Positions 8,438-19,405 are shown, counted from the stretch's first letter. The stretch: DNA of 64,000 nucleotides from Calditrichota bacterium (GCA_020051775.1 JAGVQJ010000069.1:15235-79234); one strand, 5' to 3'. The notes: generated from the letters alone by a model not told the origin. Numbers and translations are program-made.

Positions 8438-9104
8438 CTACCAGTGTATATTCACCGCGCGGCGCTTTTGCCTCGATTTCAACTTGCAACTCGGACAATC
8501 GTCCCCGGCGGTATTCTTCGTGTATCTTGGTTAATTCCCGCCCCCAGGCGGCACGGCGGTCGCCCAACGATTCCAACAGGTCCTTGATCGTGCGACGGAT
8601 GCGATGGGGAGCCTCGTAAAAAACCAATGTGCGGGGATCATCCTTAAGGCTTTCCAGTCTCGTCATGCGTCCTTTTTTGGCCGGCAGAAATCCTTCAAAG
8701 ATAAACCGGTCGCTGGGTAGCCCTGATCCTGTTAGTGTCACAATTGCAGCGCAAGCGCCCGGCAACGCTTCGACGAGGATGCCGGCGGCAATCGCCTCGC
8801 GTGCCAGGTAAAAGCCCGGATCACTGATTCCGGGCGTGCCCGCCTCGCTAATCTGCGCGATCACTTCGCCGCTTTTCAATCTTTCGATGAGGTGTGGCGT
8901 GCGCTGAGCTTCGTTAAAATCGTGGTGAGCTTCGCGGGGAGTGTTGATGCCATGTCTTTGGAAAAGGATGGCGGCACGGCGGGTATCTTCACACAGCACC
9001 AGACTGGCCTCCTTCAGCACGCGTAGGGCCCGCAGCGTGATGTCTTCCAAGTTGCCAATCGGAGTGGGTACGAGATAAAGTTTGCCTGCGGATTCCGGGG
9101 TCAT
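8403..9104 (-). CDS. rsmI: 16S rRNA (cytidine1402-2'-O)-methyltransferase
   Basis: 233 aa. N-terminus GKLYLVPTPIGNLEDITLRALRVLKEASLVLCEDTR is the tetrapyrrole-methylase-fold RsmI signature. Confidence 0.85.
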   Translation of the reverse strand: MTPESAGKLYLVPTPIGNLEDITLRALRVLKEASLVLCEDTRRAAILFQRHGINTPREAHHDFNEAQRTPHLIERLKSGEVIAQISEAGTPGISDPGFYLAREAIAAGILVEALPGACAAIVTLTGSGLPSDRFIFEGFLPAKKGRMTRLESLKDDPRTLVFYEAPHRIRRTIKDLLESLGDRRAAWGRELTKIHEEYRRGRLSELQVEIEAKAPRGEYTLVVEGKPKKSHVS

Positions 9105-9105
9105 A

Positions 9106-9894
9106 TTATCCCATTCCGGAGCTATTTACCTTGGGGAAAGGAGGCATCGTGCGCTTGTACTGCTGGCTGTCAACCCTCTTCATGATGCGGTCAGTAATAT
9201 CCACTGAAAATCCCTCGGCCAGCAGCTCCTCGCGACTCATTTGCCTATCTATCCACCGGATTAAAAACCGATCGGCCTCAGAGTACGTGACTCCCAGCTC
9301 GTCTTCGTCGCATTGACCATCCCACAGATCGGCGCTGGGAGCTTTATGGCGGATCTCTTCAGGTACGCCGATATGTTCGGCTAATTGCCGCACTTGAGTC
9401 TTATACAAGTCTCCCAGGTGGTCGAAGGCGCAGCCTAAATCCCCATAGAGGGTTCCATAACCCATCAGAATTTCAGACTTATTGGAAGTGCCCATCACTA
9501 AGGCTCGTTCTTCTGCTGAGATTTGGTAAAGAACGATCATGCGGCAGCGAGCCATGATATTGCCCAACTGTAATCCGGTGATTGCGGGAAAGGCAGCGCT
9601 GATCGTTTCCACCATAGGAGTGATATCCACCAGCCGGGTAAAGATGTTCAAACCGGCAGCCACGGCCTGTGCATCCTTTAAACTGTTGGGGTGACTGATG
9701 CGATGAGGCATAAAAACACCGATAACATTTTCCCGACCCAACGCCTCGACCGCCAGGTAAGCTGAAACCGTCGAATCCAAACCGCCTGAAAGTCCCAGGA
9801 CCACTTTGGAAAAACCTTGCTTCCCAGTATACTCTCGGATGAATTGCACCAACTGTCGGTGTACGGGTTCGCATTTAATCTCCAGGAGTTTCAT
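9106..9894 (-). CDS. nadE: NH3-dependent NAD+ synthetase
   Basis: 262 aa. PP-loop GLSGGLDSTV; overall NadE-like length. Confidence 0.85.
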   Translation of the reverse strand: MKLLEIKCEPVHRQLVQFIREYTGKQGFSKVVLGLSGGLDSTVSAYLAVEALGRENVIGVFMPHRISHPNSLKDAQAVAAGLNIFTRLVDITPMVETISAAFPAITGLQLGNIMARCRMIVLYQISAEERALVMGTSNKSEILMGYGTLYGDLGCAFDHLGDLYKTQVRQLAEHIGVPEEIRHKAPSADLWDGQCDEDELGVTYSEADRFLIRWIDRQMSREELLAEGFSVDITDRIMKRVDSQQYKRTMPPFPKVNSSGMG

Positions 9895-10532
9895 TCGTCC
9901 TCTCCCGGCTTGATTTTCAAATCGTCATCGGTCGTATTCTCGCGCAGATCCAGATACGCCTGGGCGCTGAAAAACATCGTCAGCATCAGCGAGAGGTTAT
10001 TATCCAGTAATTCCGTGTTCACTTCGCCTACGAGATAGTCGGAGAAGGCCATGTACTCCAGTACGCTCAAAGGGAACAGAATCTCATCACCAACCCATTT
10101 TCGCAAGTTGAAGGCAGTCGCCTCATCGTAGGGGAGATCCTTTTCGTTCACCTCGTAAAGACCATAGATTTCGTTCAGCAGAATTTCGTGCATGGCTGCC
10201 GCCGAACCCGCCCAATCTCCGCTGTGCAGGTTGACTACGGGTGCAGCGTACAACTCCTTGATCTGATCACGCTGTTCCTCGGATTCCACCCCGAAATCGT
10301 CGGCGGCTTCGTCGAAATTTTCCAGTAAATTGTGGAAATACGCCTCGATGCTGCGTTGTCCGCCAATCTTATTCAAGCGCTCGAATAATTCCCAGTCATC
10401 GGAAGGTCCGAATAGATCCCAGATGGCCGCTTTATGGGCAGTGGGATCTTTTTCATTGAAGATACGCTGGAGGATGACTTCTAAATTAACGTCGTCTTCC
10501 GGTTTCTCATTGTTTTCGTATATATCCGCCAC
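9891..10532 (-). CDS. Hypothetical acidic protein (213 aa)
   Basis: Complete ORF overlapping the nadE start by 4 nt. Highly acidic; no motif recognised. Confidence 0.5.
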   Translation of the reverse strand: MADIYENNEKPEDDVNLEVILQRIFNEKDPTAHKAAIWDLFGPSDDWELFERLNKIGGQRSIEAYFHNLLENFDEAADDFGVESEEQRDQIKELYAAPVVNLHSGDWAGSAAAMHEILLNEIYGLYEVNEKDLPYDEATAFNLRKWVGDEILFPLSVLEYMAFSDYLVGEVNTELLDNNLSLMLTMFFSAQAYLDLRENTTDDDLKIKPGEDE

Positions 10533-10556
10533 TTCAAATTTCCCTTTTTCTATTAA

Positions 10557-11312
10557 TTAGGTGGTGTCACGCTGAGCGTTAAACGAGGGGAGGGAAATGC
10601 GCTCAGCGTTCATCTTGTCTCGTAATTCCCGAATGGCCATGATAATCCTGTCGGCGATCATCTGCCAGGTTTTTGGAGAATTGGGCATCTCCATAAAATC
10701 ATCGAATGTCAGAGCTTCGCCCACGTGGATACGCACGCGCTTACCGATGCGAGGGATTTTGTGGCCTATGGGCAGAACTTCATTCAATCCGGTATGATAA
10801 CAGGGGACGACCTTAGCCCCGGTTTCGCGCACCAAGCGCCCCACACCGATCTTGCCCTTGCCGATTTCACCGGTTCGAGAGCGCGTTCCTTCCGGGAATA
10901 CATGAAGTGTGCATCCCGCCTTCAAGCGGCGAATGGATTCTTCCATGCCCGGCTGGAAAACCCCCTGGCCGCGTGTGATGGGAATGCAATTGACCGCGCG
11001 CATCAGCCAGGAGAAAAACGGGCCGCGAAAGAAATTCTTCTTTTCCGGCAAATGATAGGGGATAAAGCGGAAGTCCCAGAATGCTCGTGGAGCGAACACC
11101 AACGGCCCCACAAACGCATCATCCAGCATCGAGACATGATTGCTCACGAATAGAAACGGGGGGCGAGTATTTTGCACATGCCTACGGCCGCGCACTTCGG
11201 TGCGGTTCAGCAACTTCATGAAAAGTATGAAAGGAATCACGAAGCCCAGAATCACCACCCCGTAGGTAATCACTTGCGAGGGAAACTGGACGATTTTTTT
11301 AACAAACCCCAT
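10557..11312 (-). CDS. plsC: 1-acyl-sn-glycerol-3-phosphate acyltransferase family protein
   Basis: 251 aa. N-terminal TM helix, HxxxxD motif (NHVSMLDD), FPEGTRS motif. Confidence 0.8.
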   Translation of the reverse strand: MGFVKKIVQFPSQVITYGVVILGFVIPFILFMKLLNRTEVRGRRHVQNTRPPFLFVSNHVSMLDDAFVGPLVFAPRAFWDFRFIPYHLPEKKNFFRGPFFSWLMRAVNCIPITRGQGVFQPGMEESIRRLKAGCTLHVFPEGTRSRTGEIGKGKIGVGRLVRETGAKVVPCYHTGLNEVLPIGHKIPRIGKRVRIHVGEALTFDDFMEMPNSPKTWQMIADRIIMAIRELRDKMNAERISLPSFNAQRDTT

Positions 11313-11412
11313 GGTAGGGTCTTTATCTTTGAACGATTGGGTGTAGTTTATTGTTGCTGTTAAAGATAAGCAAAAAATCCTATGAAATCAATAACTCTTT
11401 CGACAGCTTTAT

Positions 11413-12936
11413 TCAGTAGATTTTACGGAGTTCCGATCCTCGGTAATAATGCGCCAGTATTCGCTGATAATCCATTCCCTTAGTAGCCAAGGCCGCAGCG
11501 CCGATCTGACATAATCCCACTCCATGTCCCCAGCCTAAGCCGTGCAGCGAAATGCTTTTCCCATCATGTTCAATCCAGAAGGCTGAGCTGGGCAGATGCG
11601 TGGGGGATAAGGCTCTCCGTATGGCCAGTTCGGGAGTGAGTGATAAGCGTCCCAGGCTGCCGATGATCTCCAATTCGATCAAACGCCCGGAAGGGCCGCG
11701 TCGCAGCGGCTTAAATTGCGATATTTCGCCCAGTGTTATGCCGGTTTTTATCGCGATTATTTCGGAAAGTTCTCGTGCAGTAGCTTTTTCCTGCCAACGG
11801 TAAAGTTGGGATAGTTCCTGCAATCGCCCTGTCAAAGGAGCGTATCCGGGACTACAGCACGAGTCTTCCGGCAAGTTTCGTTGCTGAAATTCCCGGAAAG
11901 CGGTTTCTTCCGATAGATCAAGAGTCGGTGTTTCCGGCAGGTCGCGGAAATGCCCCAGATACGGTTCGTTGGCAAATGCCCAGACATTACCCGCCGGTTC
12001 CATAACGCCGCCGCAGGTTTTGGCGTACCGGGCGTCGCAGACGCGCCCTTGGTACATCAGAGCCACACCCCTTGTTTGGCTGGCGGCCTCTTGGGAAGCC
12101 GCACGAATACGTCCCAGGCCATAGTAGCATTGGCAATGATCGCCGTTGCAAATCGTATAGGGTTCACCGGGATGATGACTACCCCAGTTAGCCAGCAACC
12201 AGGATCGTGCCGCCACCACCTGGCTTTTCAAAAACTCCAAAGGTGAATCCGCCGGCATCTCAGACGAATTAACGGACGTCAGGTAGTCTTCGACTCCAAG
12301 GTCTACACCAGCACACAGTTGGCCATCGGTTCCTATCGCTACCCAAGCTGGAGGCGGCAATTCTAACACTTCGGTATGTTCCCAATGGAAGCCTTCCCCC
12401 ACTGGCGCTTCCGGCGCGATGATAGTTCCGGCGGCTTCGAGCGTGATCGGTAAGGCGACTTCAAATTCCCGGTCCGCAGTGACAATCGTAGCAGTTCCTG
12501 TCCCTTGACCTTCGGACAGTTCGATTATTTCTGCCTGCAAATCCGGCTGTGTTTCACGCAGGCGAGTCTTGAGCTCATGAAGGCTTGTCTCCCCATCAGC
12601 AGGTCTGGCTAAAAGCCGATAATCCCTAACCGCCCATTCGCCTGCGGTCGGATTCAATCCCACAGGCCAAAAACCGGTGGCCCACCCATGAGACTCCAGA
12701 GCTTGAATCAAAATTGAATCAAGCTCATTCTGGCTCGCGCTCCCTAGCCAGAGCCAGGTTTGTTTTTTAGCAGGCCGGCTTGTGCCGATCTTTAATTTGA
12801 TTTCACCGGTGGGTAGATTTTCGCGGGTATCAGCGGCTCCGATGACTGTAACGGGAGAGCCACAACGCAGTCGTATGGATTCCCGACCCCAGATCAGGGC
12901 GACTCTAAGTGATGGGGGATTCATCAGGAATGGCAA
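11413..12936 (-). CDS. SpoIID/LytB-domain protein
   Basis: 507 aa. ...TICNGDHCQCYYG and C-terminal HGLGWGHGVGLCQIGAAALATKGMDYQRILAHYY match SpoIID/LytB signatures. Confidence 0.75.
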   Translation of the reverse strand: MPFLMNPPSLRVALIWGRESIRLRCGSPVTVIGAADTRENLPTGEIKLKIGTSRPAKKQTWLWLGSASQNELDSILIQALESHGWATGFWPVGLNPTAGEWAVRDYRLLARPADGETSLHELKTRLRETQPDLQAEIIELSEGQGTGTATIVTADREFEVALPITLEAAGTIIAPEAPVGEGFHWEHTEVLELPPPAWVAIGTDGQLCAGVDLGVEDYLTSVNSSEMPADSPLEFLKSQVVAARSWLLANWGSHHPGEPYTICNGDHCQCYYGLGRIRAASQEAASQTRGVALMYQGRVCDARYAKTCGGVMEPAGNVWAFANEPYLGHFRDLPETPTLDLSEETAFREFQQRNLPEDSCCSPGYAPLTGRLQELSQLYRWQEKATARELSEIIAIKTGITLGEISQFKPLRRGPSGRLIELEIIGSLGRLSLTPELAIRRALSPTHLPSSAFWIEHDGKSISLHGLGWGHGVGLCQIGAAALATKGMDYQRILAHYYRGSELRKIY

Positions 12937-13777
12937 CCTCGAGGAAGGTGTCTTCAGTTGATCTTAAGAAGAATTTTATCCCTAAAAACAGTAATGCGGC
13001 GGCTCCAATCAATACTGCCGGTGAAACATGCGTGCCGACATTATACCAACCCCACCGGGTTCCGGTGGTGTCGCCTCCGGCTGCCAGCGCCAAGCCGTTG
13101 TTCAATCCGTGCACGATCATTCCCGGCACACTGGAGGCAGATCGCCAGGAGAGGAATCCCAGGAATACCCCCAGCATGAGAATCTGCACCATCCACCAGG
13201 GATTAAAATGTACCAACGCAAAAAGCAGAGCAGTAAACAAGACCGCACGAGTCACGCCACCATGCGCCTCGAAAGAAACTTGCATGAAACCGCGAAACAA
13301 CGACTCTTCGCAAATCGCCGCAACCACCACCACGCCGGATCCGACCAATACGTAGTCTGTCCAGGTTTCCAAAACGAACAGGCCCGACAGCATCTGCTGC
13401 CATTCCTTCGGCATGGGGAAAAACTGGTTGATGATCCGATCCAGTTCATCTAGTAGAACGACCAGCGCCAAGCCAATCAGAAGGGTGGCTATCAACACCT
13501 TGAGGGATACAGCATTCCATCGCAGGCATGTTCGGATATTATATCCTTTTCGGCGAAGATAAATGAGGGGGGGAATCAGGAAGAATATCTCGGATACTAA
13601 GAGACCCACTTTGCTTATGGAGGCGGTGGCGTATCCCAGAATCAGCGTCGCTGCCAGGGTGATAAAGAGAATCATGAAAGCATCCGCTGGAGGGGGATAA
13701 GCCGGTTTCTGGGATTGAGGTTGCTCCACCGCCGGTTCAGGGGTCGTTTCAGGGTTATCCATTATCCCGTCTCTCAA
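12905..13777 (-). CDS. CPBP (CAAX) family intramembrane metalloprotease
   Basis: 290 aa polytopic. EESLFRGFM (EExxxR), FALVHFN (FxxxH), HGLNN motifs. Confidence 0.8.
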   Translation of the reverse strand: MRDGIMDNPETTPEPAVEQPQSQKPAYPPPADAFMILFITLAATLILGYATASISKVGLLVSEIFFLIPPLIYLRRKGYNIRTCLRWNAVSLKVLIATLLIGLALVVLLDELDRIINQFFPMPKEWQQMLSGLFVLETWTDYVLVGSGVVVVAAICEESLFRGFMQVSFEAHGGVTRAVLFTALLFALVHFNPWWMVQILMLGVFLGFLSWRSASSVPGMIVHGLNNGLALAAGGDTTGTRWGWYNVGTHVSPAVLIGAAALLFLGIKFFLRSTEDTFLEVAIPDESPIT

Positions 13778-14019
13778 TCATCTTTCGTTTTATCAATGAC
13801 TTTTCCGCCTTCTGAATTGGATTTTCCTGCACCGCTTTTGCGTTTGTAATCTGTCTCGTAAAAGCCGGTTCCCTTGAAAATCAAACCACCTCCGCCGGAA
13901 ATCAAACGAAATAATGGCCCCTCGCACCGTGGACAGATGGTTAGCGCATCCGCTACCATGCTTTGAAATTCTTCGAATTCGTAGCCGCACTCCTTGCAGC
14001 GGTATTCATACGTGGGCAT
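13774..14019 (-). CDS. FmdB-family zinc-ribbon regulatory protein
   Basis: 81 aa starting MPTYEYRCKECGYEFE with a second CPRC pair. Confidence 0.8.
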   Translation of the reverse strand: MPTYEYRCKECGYEFEEFQSMVADALTICPRCEGPLFRLISGGGGLIFKGTGFYETDYKRKSGAGKSNSEGGKVIDKTKDD

Positions 14020-14034
14020 AATCCGGGTTGCTCC

Positions 14035-16032
14035 TTAGGTTTTTACAGATTCCAATTCTCGAATGCGACGGCGCGCCTCATGGGCCGACAACGAATTAGG
14101 ATAATCTACCAGAATTCTTTCGTATTCGTTAATAGCGCCTCGCGTGTCTCCCAGGTCTTGTTCTCGGATTTGACCTGACAATAATAGGAATTCCGGGGCG
14201 CGTAGACTTTTCGGGAAACGATTTAGGGCGTCCTGCAAAGTGGAGATAGCGAGCGTGGGGCGAGCGGATTCACGATACAACCTAGCCAGTTTCATAACGG
14301 CTAATTCGGTCAATTCCGGCGCCTTCGATAGCTGCAAAACGGCCGTGAAAAGAGATTCTGCGCGGGCGCTTTCGCCCAGTTTTTTCTCCAGGTCGGCTCG
14401 TGCCAGATTGATTGCGGCGCTGGAATCACCTGAACTCGCGGCAAGCAAGCCCGCCAGATCGAGCGCATCATTGGCTAACTTTCCTTCAGGATTGCCGGCA
14501 GATGCCTGGCCAAGCCGCTCCATAGCCTGACTCACCTGCCCCAGACACAAATCTATCTGGGCGGCGCTGACCAAAGCCCTGGCTTTGACGTCGGGATCAT
14601 TCGCATAAACTCCCTGAGAGGCCTCCAGATAAATATTCCGCGCCTTTTCCAAATTTCGTTCGACCAGGTAGGTATCGCCGATCAATAGACTTATCTGCCC
14701 TCCGCCGCGCAGTCGAGGATTGTTCTGCAAGCCATTACTTAAGAGTTCGCGGGCAGCGGCAGGTTGTCGCAAATGATCCACTTTGAGCCGAGCCTGTAAA
14801 AGTAAGGCATCATGTTCCTGGGTCGTCCGCAGTATTTTATTGGAAGTCAATTTCGAATAGACAGAGTCCGCCGCCTGGTAGATCCCCAGCGCCTCCAAAG
14901 CCTTGGCTCGTGCCAGTATAGAGCGGGGTGATCCAGACATGGCGGGATGGGAAGCGGCCATATCGTCCAACACCTGCAAGCTCAGGCCGGGTTGTGATTC
15001 TAAAAGTAGAGTCTCGGCAAACGCGAGCATGGATTCGCCGGATCCGCCGCCTAATTGATCAGCCTCGCGCGTCTGTTCGTAGGCCTGTTCCCACTGCCGA
15101 TTGCGAAAGTAGAATTGAGCTAAAATTTGCGTAACATACAGATGTATGGATTCGCGTTTCAGGGCGTTTTTCAAGGTGGTTTCGACTTGATCTTTGGTTT
15201 CTCTGTCCTCCGGTAATGATAAAATTTGGCGCTGAATGGCCTCCGCCTGTCGCGGTTGCGACTCCATCAGACTCAACAGCTCAGTTACAGCTTTGTCGGA
15301 TTGTCCGCGCTGCGCCCAGAAGCTCGCGAGCGAAGAGGCCAACAAGGCTGGATCGCCCGTAGCCTGCCGGGCTTTGCTGACCATATCCTGCAGCGCATCT
15401 GCGTAGCGGCACTCAATCATGGCCGACATCAACCGAAAGTAGCAGTTGGAACTGGGGTGGGGAAGGGCGTAAAGGTCGTCCCAGCGCTTGAATGCTTCTT
15501 CCCTCCGATCCAAACGCCCGGCCAAGCGTCCGCCGTCAACAATTAACATGGCGAGGCGTTCCCGTTCCACGATAGACATGCCATTCAAGGAAGTTTTGGC
15601 CTGCATTTCCCGCCGCAGAGAATCAACCGTTAGCAGGCCGGATTGAAAGTTATCTGTGGCTACCCAACCACGCAACATGCCCTCATAGAACGGATCGTAT
15701 TCCGGGTAGTGGGAAAAAAGTTGCTGATAGACTGGCAGGGCTTTATCCATTTCACCGCGATTCTCGAACATCATGGCATTGCGTTGCAAGCGCATGGCTT
15801 CCTCATCCAGAGGCTTATGAAGCTCGAGAGGCATGGAAGGGGGGAAATCCCAGAACTGAGCGAATGACAAATGACTAATGACAAATGACAAAAGGCCTGC
15901 GATAAAAGCGATAGTAATCCGATTCCGGGCAAGCCGGAATGACTCGTTCTGTGTTGTTTCCGAAAGGGGTATTCCCCGTTTCCGGAATCGGTTCGGAAAT
16001 AGGTAGCATGACACCAATTTATTTCTGTTCAC
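14035..16032 (-). CDS. TPR-repeat protein with N-terminal signal/anchor
   Basis: 665 aa, repetitive helical A/L-rich repeats. The hydrophobic N-terminus is encoded by a tandem aatgaca heptamer DNA repeat. Confidence 0.7.
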   Translation of the reverse strand: MNRNKLVSCYLFPNRFRKRGIPLSETTQNESFRLARNRITIAFIAGLLSFVISHLSFAQFWDFPPSMPLELHKPLDEEAMRLQRNAMMFENRGEMDKALPVYQQLFSHYPEYDPFYEGMLRGWVATDNFQSGLLTVDSLRREMQAKTSLNGMSIVERERLAMLIVDGGRLAGRLDRREEAFKRWDDLYALPHPSSNCYFRLMSAMIECRYADALQDMVSKARQATGDPALLASSLASFWAQRGQSDKAVTELLSLMESQPRQAEAIQRQILSLPEDRETKDQVETTLKNALKRESIHLYVTQILAQFYFRNRQWEQAYEQTREADQLGGGSGESMLAFAETLLLESQPGLSLQVLDDMAASHPAMSGSPRSILARAKALEALGIYQAADSVYSKLTSNKILRTTQEHDALLLQARLKVDHLRQPAAARELLSNGLQNNPRLRGGGQISLLIGDTYLVERNLEKARNIYLEASQGVYANDPDVKARALVSAAQIDLCLGQVSQAMERLGQASAGNPEGKLANDALDLAGLLAASSGDSSAAINLARADLEKKLGESARAESLFTAVLQLSKAPELTELAVMKLARLYRESARPTLAISTLQDALNRFPKSLRAPEFLLLSGQIREQDLGDTRGAINEYERILVDYPNSLSAHEARRRIRELESVKT

Positions 16033-19000
16033 GGGCTAAAGCCTCGAAATAATCGCGAATCAATTGTTGATAATCCTTGGTGTAACCTTCTTTGAGCGCT
16101 TCCAGGAGACGTTGCCGGGCGAGATCCGGGCCGATATTACGGTCAGCCTCGCGCGGCGCGGGATTGAACAGGTTCCCCTCCGCTGTGCGGGAGATACGTT
16201 CTTTTTTATACTCGCGTTCTCGTACTGAGCGTTGAGCATCTAAAAGTCGCGTTAAAATTTTTTCCTGGCGTTTCAGGATGCGTTCATCCACCTGGCGTTC
16301 TTTTAGCGCATCCGCCACCTCTTGCATCTCCTTACCCAACTCGCCCAGACGTCCCATTGTTTGCTGCAATTCCTGATTGGCCTGGTTCATCTGATCCAGT
16401 TGCCGCGCCAAGGCTTCCTGTTCAGCCGCCAAACGTCCCATGGCCGCGGCCTGTTCCTGCGTCATGCCGCCTGGATTTCCCGGTCCTGGAATATGGGACA
16501 TAGTGCCTTGATTGATCTGCCCTTGCTGCCCAGCCATTTTGGAAAGTTGCTCCATCATTTCGGAAAAGCCGGTGGAGGAGGAGGAGCTGGACATCTGGCT
16601 TAAACTGTTGCCGATCTCCATGACGGCGCGATTCAGGCCGCCCATTGCCCATTGTTGCTGGTGCTGCACCGATTGTGGGTTGCGTGCGGTATATCCCTGC
16701 AGCGCTTGATCCATGCCTTTGAAGGCCTGATCAAGGGCCGCGCCAATCTGCGGCGTGATGAAAAAACTCTTCTGCGATTGCTTGAAAAGTTCAGCGGAGC
16801 TCTGTTCCAGGAATTTTTTCAATTCTTGCTGTTCCTGCGCTTGCGCCCGGAATCGTGGGCTGGCTTTGTCCATAGTATTGGACGTGTCCAGCAAAGATTC
16901 TTGCTGGTAGGAAAGCTCCAACAGGTCGTGAGCGATTTTCTTCAAAGCGTCGGCTAGCTCCTTCTTCGCCGCTCCCGTCATCTGATCTTTGGCTTCTTTC
17001 ATCTTCTGTGAAAGCTGCGCCAAACCACTCTGTAGCTTCGAACCTTTCTGCTGTGCTTGCTGTTTAGAGCCTTGCTGCATGTCTTGCGACATCTGTTCCA
17101 TGGTCTCGGGAAACTGATTTTCAGCCATCAAAGAGTCAGCCTGTTTCATAACCTCATCCGGATTATGGGGCGACTCTTTCAACATTTCCTTGGCTTTATT
17201 GAACTCCTGCTCGAACGCCTGCATCTCCTTTTGCAATTCGGCTTCTGCTCGGGCTTGCTCGGGATGAGGACCATTTTTTTCTAAATTATCGTTGATTTCC
17301 TGCTGTTTTTGCAGCAACTCTTCAGCTCGCTTTGCCAATTCGTCCAGCTTCATTTCCAATTGAAGCTGCTTTAAAATATTCATGGTCTTTTCGATCTTGG
17401 CCAACATCTGTTCTTGATTGAGGCTGAAATCTTCCACAGCACGACGCAACGCTTCCGGATCTTGTTTTTGCAGCGCTTCCTGCAACTTCTGCATGGCCGA
17501 CATTAATTCCGGCGTCATCACGTCCGACAGCAACTTTTGCAATTCCTGATACTTCTGTAGAGTCTCATCGGAGAGCGTGCGACTCTCTTCCATGCGCTGG
17601 ATCATTTCCTGCGCGCTCTTACTCATCTCCTCGACTTGGCGGGCTACCTCTTCCTGTTTTTTGAGCATCTCCTCGACTTTTTTCCGCTCTTCCCAGGGGA
17701 GGTTGGGATTCTTCTTCAATTCCTCTTGAAGTTTATCCAGCTCCTGTTTCAAATGTTTGGATTTTTCCAGCGCTTCCTGAGCGCTTTCCACCTGCTGCCC
17801 TTGACCCTCATCAATACGCGCGAAGATCTCCTCCAGGGAGGGGAATCGTAGACGCTGGAGCGGTGATAGTGCGAGTTTAGGGCCGGAAATCTGATCGTTA
17901 TCCTGGGCTTCCAATCGGTACAGGATTTCATCGCCCGGCAGCAGGGGCAATCCGGTTAAGTCCCAGAGGTGATCCACGAGAAAGCTGCCGCCACCCATAG
18001 CCTCGAAGCTCAAATTCGTCCAATTAAATTTATTGTCCCGAGGGCTGCTGTCGGCTGATCCGTTTTTGATGATTTCATATCCCAATCGCACTCGCGTGAT
18101 GGCAAAATCATCCTGCGCCTGTCCTTTAATCGGAATCAGCATGGACTCATTGATCTCCGCGTCGCCTGGTGGATAAATAATTTCGATGAGCGGCGGTTCA
18201 TCCTCAATGGTCCAGAGAGTGTAATCCACCGGAGTGGCTCCGGCAATACCCTCTTGGTCTTCAAGGATGAGGTTATAATGTCCGCTCTCCATCAGGGTAA
18301 ATTGCGCATTCGCTTGAGAACCCTGCACTTGCATGGGCAGACTGTCCGGTTGATCTGGGAGCGTATCTTTGACCAATCTCAGCTGTGCCTTGGCCAGGTC
18401 GCGATCGGCCTCGAGCGTGATGCTCACGCGACTCCCCTTCAATGCAGATACGTCGCCGCGTTTTTCAATGGCGGACCCAGGTGGCTGGCCGCTATAAGCT
18501 GGAGGCGTCCACTTTACTTGCAACTCCTTGATGAAGGGACGCGCCTTGACTCGCACTTCTACCGTATCGCTGGTAATATTGTTCTTAAAAGCCCAGATAG
18601 AGAGATGGTCCTGTGGATTTTCAATACTCTGCCGGGCTGTTCCGGTGCCGTCGAATTTCAATTGAAAATCGGAGGTTTCACCGTTCAATTCCCGAACGCG
18701 CAGAGTGATCCAGGCTGGTAAAGTCCCTGGCATGTTGCCCGATAATTGACCGCGCACTAAAACTTCGAAAGGTTCGCCGCGGATAGTCAACTTCGGCACC
18801 TCTTCCAACTTCAAGGTATATGGCATGACTGGCCCGAAATCCCGCCCCGGCTGCCATAACCGTGCGAATGCCGAACCAAAGCTACCCCAAGTCACCAGCA
18901 TGGCCACAACCCAACAACCCGCTTCGATCAAGACGACCCGGCGAAGAGCACGCAGCTTTCGCCGATCCAGCACCCGTTCGTAGGACGCTCCCTGCAATTG

Positions 19001-19405
19001 CTGACCGATGGCTGATAATGACAACTCCGCCAACTCCGGGGAAGCTTGGTCCGTTAGGCGATTTTCCCACACTTGTATCGCGTTCAAGAGCCGGTCGTTG
19101 ACCTCGGGCAGGGATCTACCCCAGCGTAAGGCCAGTATTTCCTCGTGAATTGGGCGAAACAGATGCTGCAACACAGGCAGGAGAATCCACACACCGGTCA
19201 GACCTGTTACCGTTGTGAGCCAAGCCCATAAAACGATCCCACGCGCCGCACTTGAGAGCGGGAATACCAGCTCTACACAAACGACCAGTAGCAGCACAGC
19301 CCCGGCAACTCCGGCAGTTCGCCACGTGCCTTCCTGTACCTGCAGAGTAACCAGCTTGCGCCGCAACTCCGCCAGCCGGTTCTTTATTTCATCATTCCAA
19401 GACAT
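16019..19405 (-). CDS. Giant membrane-anchored coiled-coil protein (DUF4175-like)
   Basis: 1128 aa. Two N-terminal TM helices, a central region with beta-rich segments, and a C-terminal ~500 aa of Q/E/K-rich coiled coil. Family assignment is from memory of Bat-like operons, not verified. Confidence 0.55.
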   Translation of the reverse strand: MSWNDEIKNRLAELRRKLVTLQVQEGTWRTAGVAGAVLLLVVCVELVFPLSSAARGIVLWAWLTTVTGLTGVWILLPVLQHLFRPIHEEILALRWGRSLPEVNDRLLNAIQVWENRLTDQASPELAELSLSAIGQQLQGASYERVLDRRKLRALRRVVLIEAGCWVVAMLVTWGSFGSAFARLWQPGRDFGPVMPYTLKLEEVPKLTIRGEPFEVLVRGQLSGNMPGTLPAWITLRVRELNGETSDFQLKFDGTGTARQSIENPQDHLSIWAFKNNITSDTVEVRVKARPFIKELQVKWTPPAYSGQPPGSAIEKRGDVSALKGSRVSITLEADRDLAKAQLRLVKDTLPDQPDSLPMQVQGSQANAQFTLMESGHYNLILEDQEGIAGATPVDYTLWTIEDEPPLIEIIYPPGDAEINESMLIPIKGQAQDDFAITRVRLGYEIIKNGSADSSPRDNKFNWTNLSFEAMGGGSFLVDHLWDLTGLPLLPGDEILYRLEAQDNDQISGPKLALSPLQRLRFPSLEEIFARIDEGQGQQVESAQEALEKSKHLKQELDKLQEELKKNPNLPWEERKKVEEMLKKQEEVARQVEEMSKSAQEMIQRMEESRTLSDETLQKYQELQKLLSDVMTPELMSAMQKLQEALQKQDPEALRRAVEDFSLNQEQMLAKIEKTMNILKQLQLEMKLDELAKRAEELLQKQQEINDNLEKNGPHPEQARAEAELQKEMQAFEQEFNKAKEMLKESPHNPDEVMKQADSLMAENQFPETMEQMSQDMQQGSKQQAQQKGSKLQSGLAQLSQKMKEAKDQMTGAAKKELADALKKIAHDLLELSYQQESLLDTSNTMDKASPRFRAQAQEQQELKKFLEQSSAELFKQSQKSFFITPQIGAALDQAFKGMDQALQGYTARNPQSVQHQQQWAMGGLNRAVMEIGNSLSQMSSSSSSTGFSEMMEQLSKMAGQQGQINQGTMSHIPGPGNPGGMTQEQAAAMGRLAAEQEALARQLDQMNQANQELQQTMGRLGELGKEMQEVADALKERQVDERILKRQEKILTRLLDAQRSVREREYKKERISRTAEGNLFNPAPREADRNIGPDLARQRLLEALKEGYTKDYQQLIRDYFEALAREQK

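Noticed and set aside
15861-15895. Tandem heptamer aatgaca x4 and a shared 15-mer ttgtcatttgtcatt with 20250-20264
   Set aside because: The tandem repeat lies inside the TPR gene and encodes its hydrophobic N-terminus. A single 15-mer match in 64 kb (both strands) is within chance expectation.
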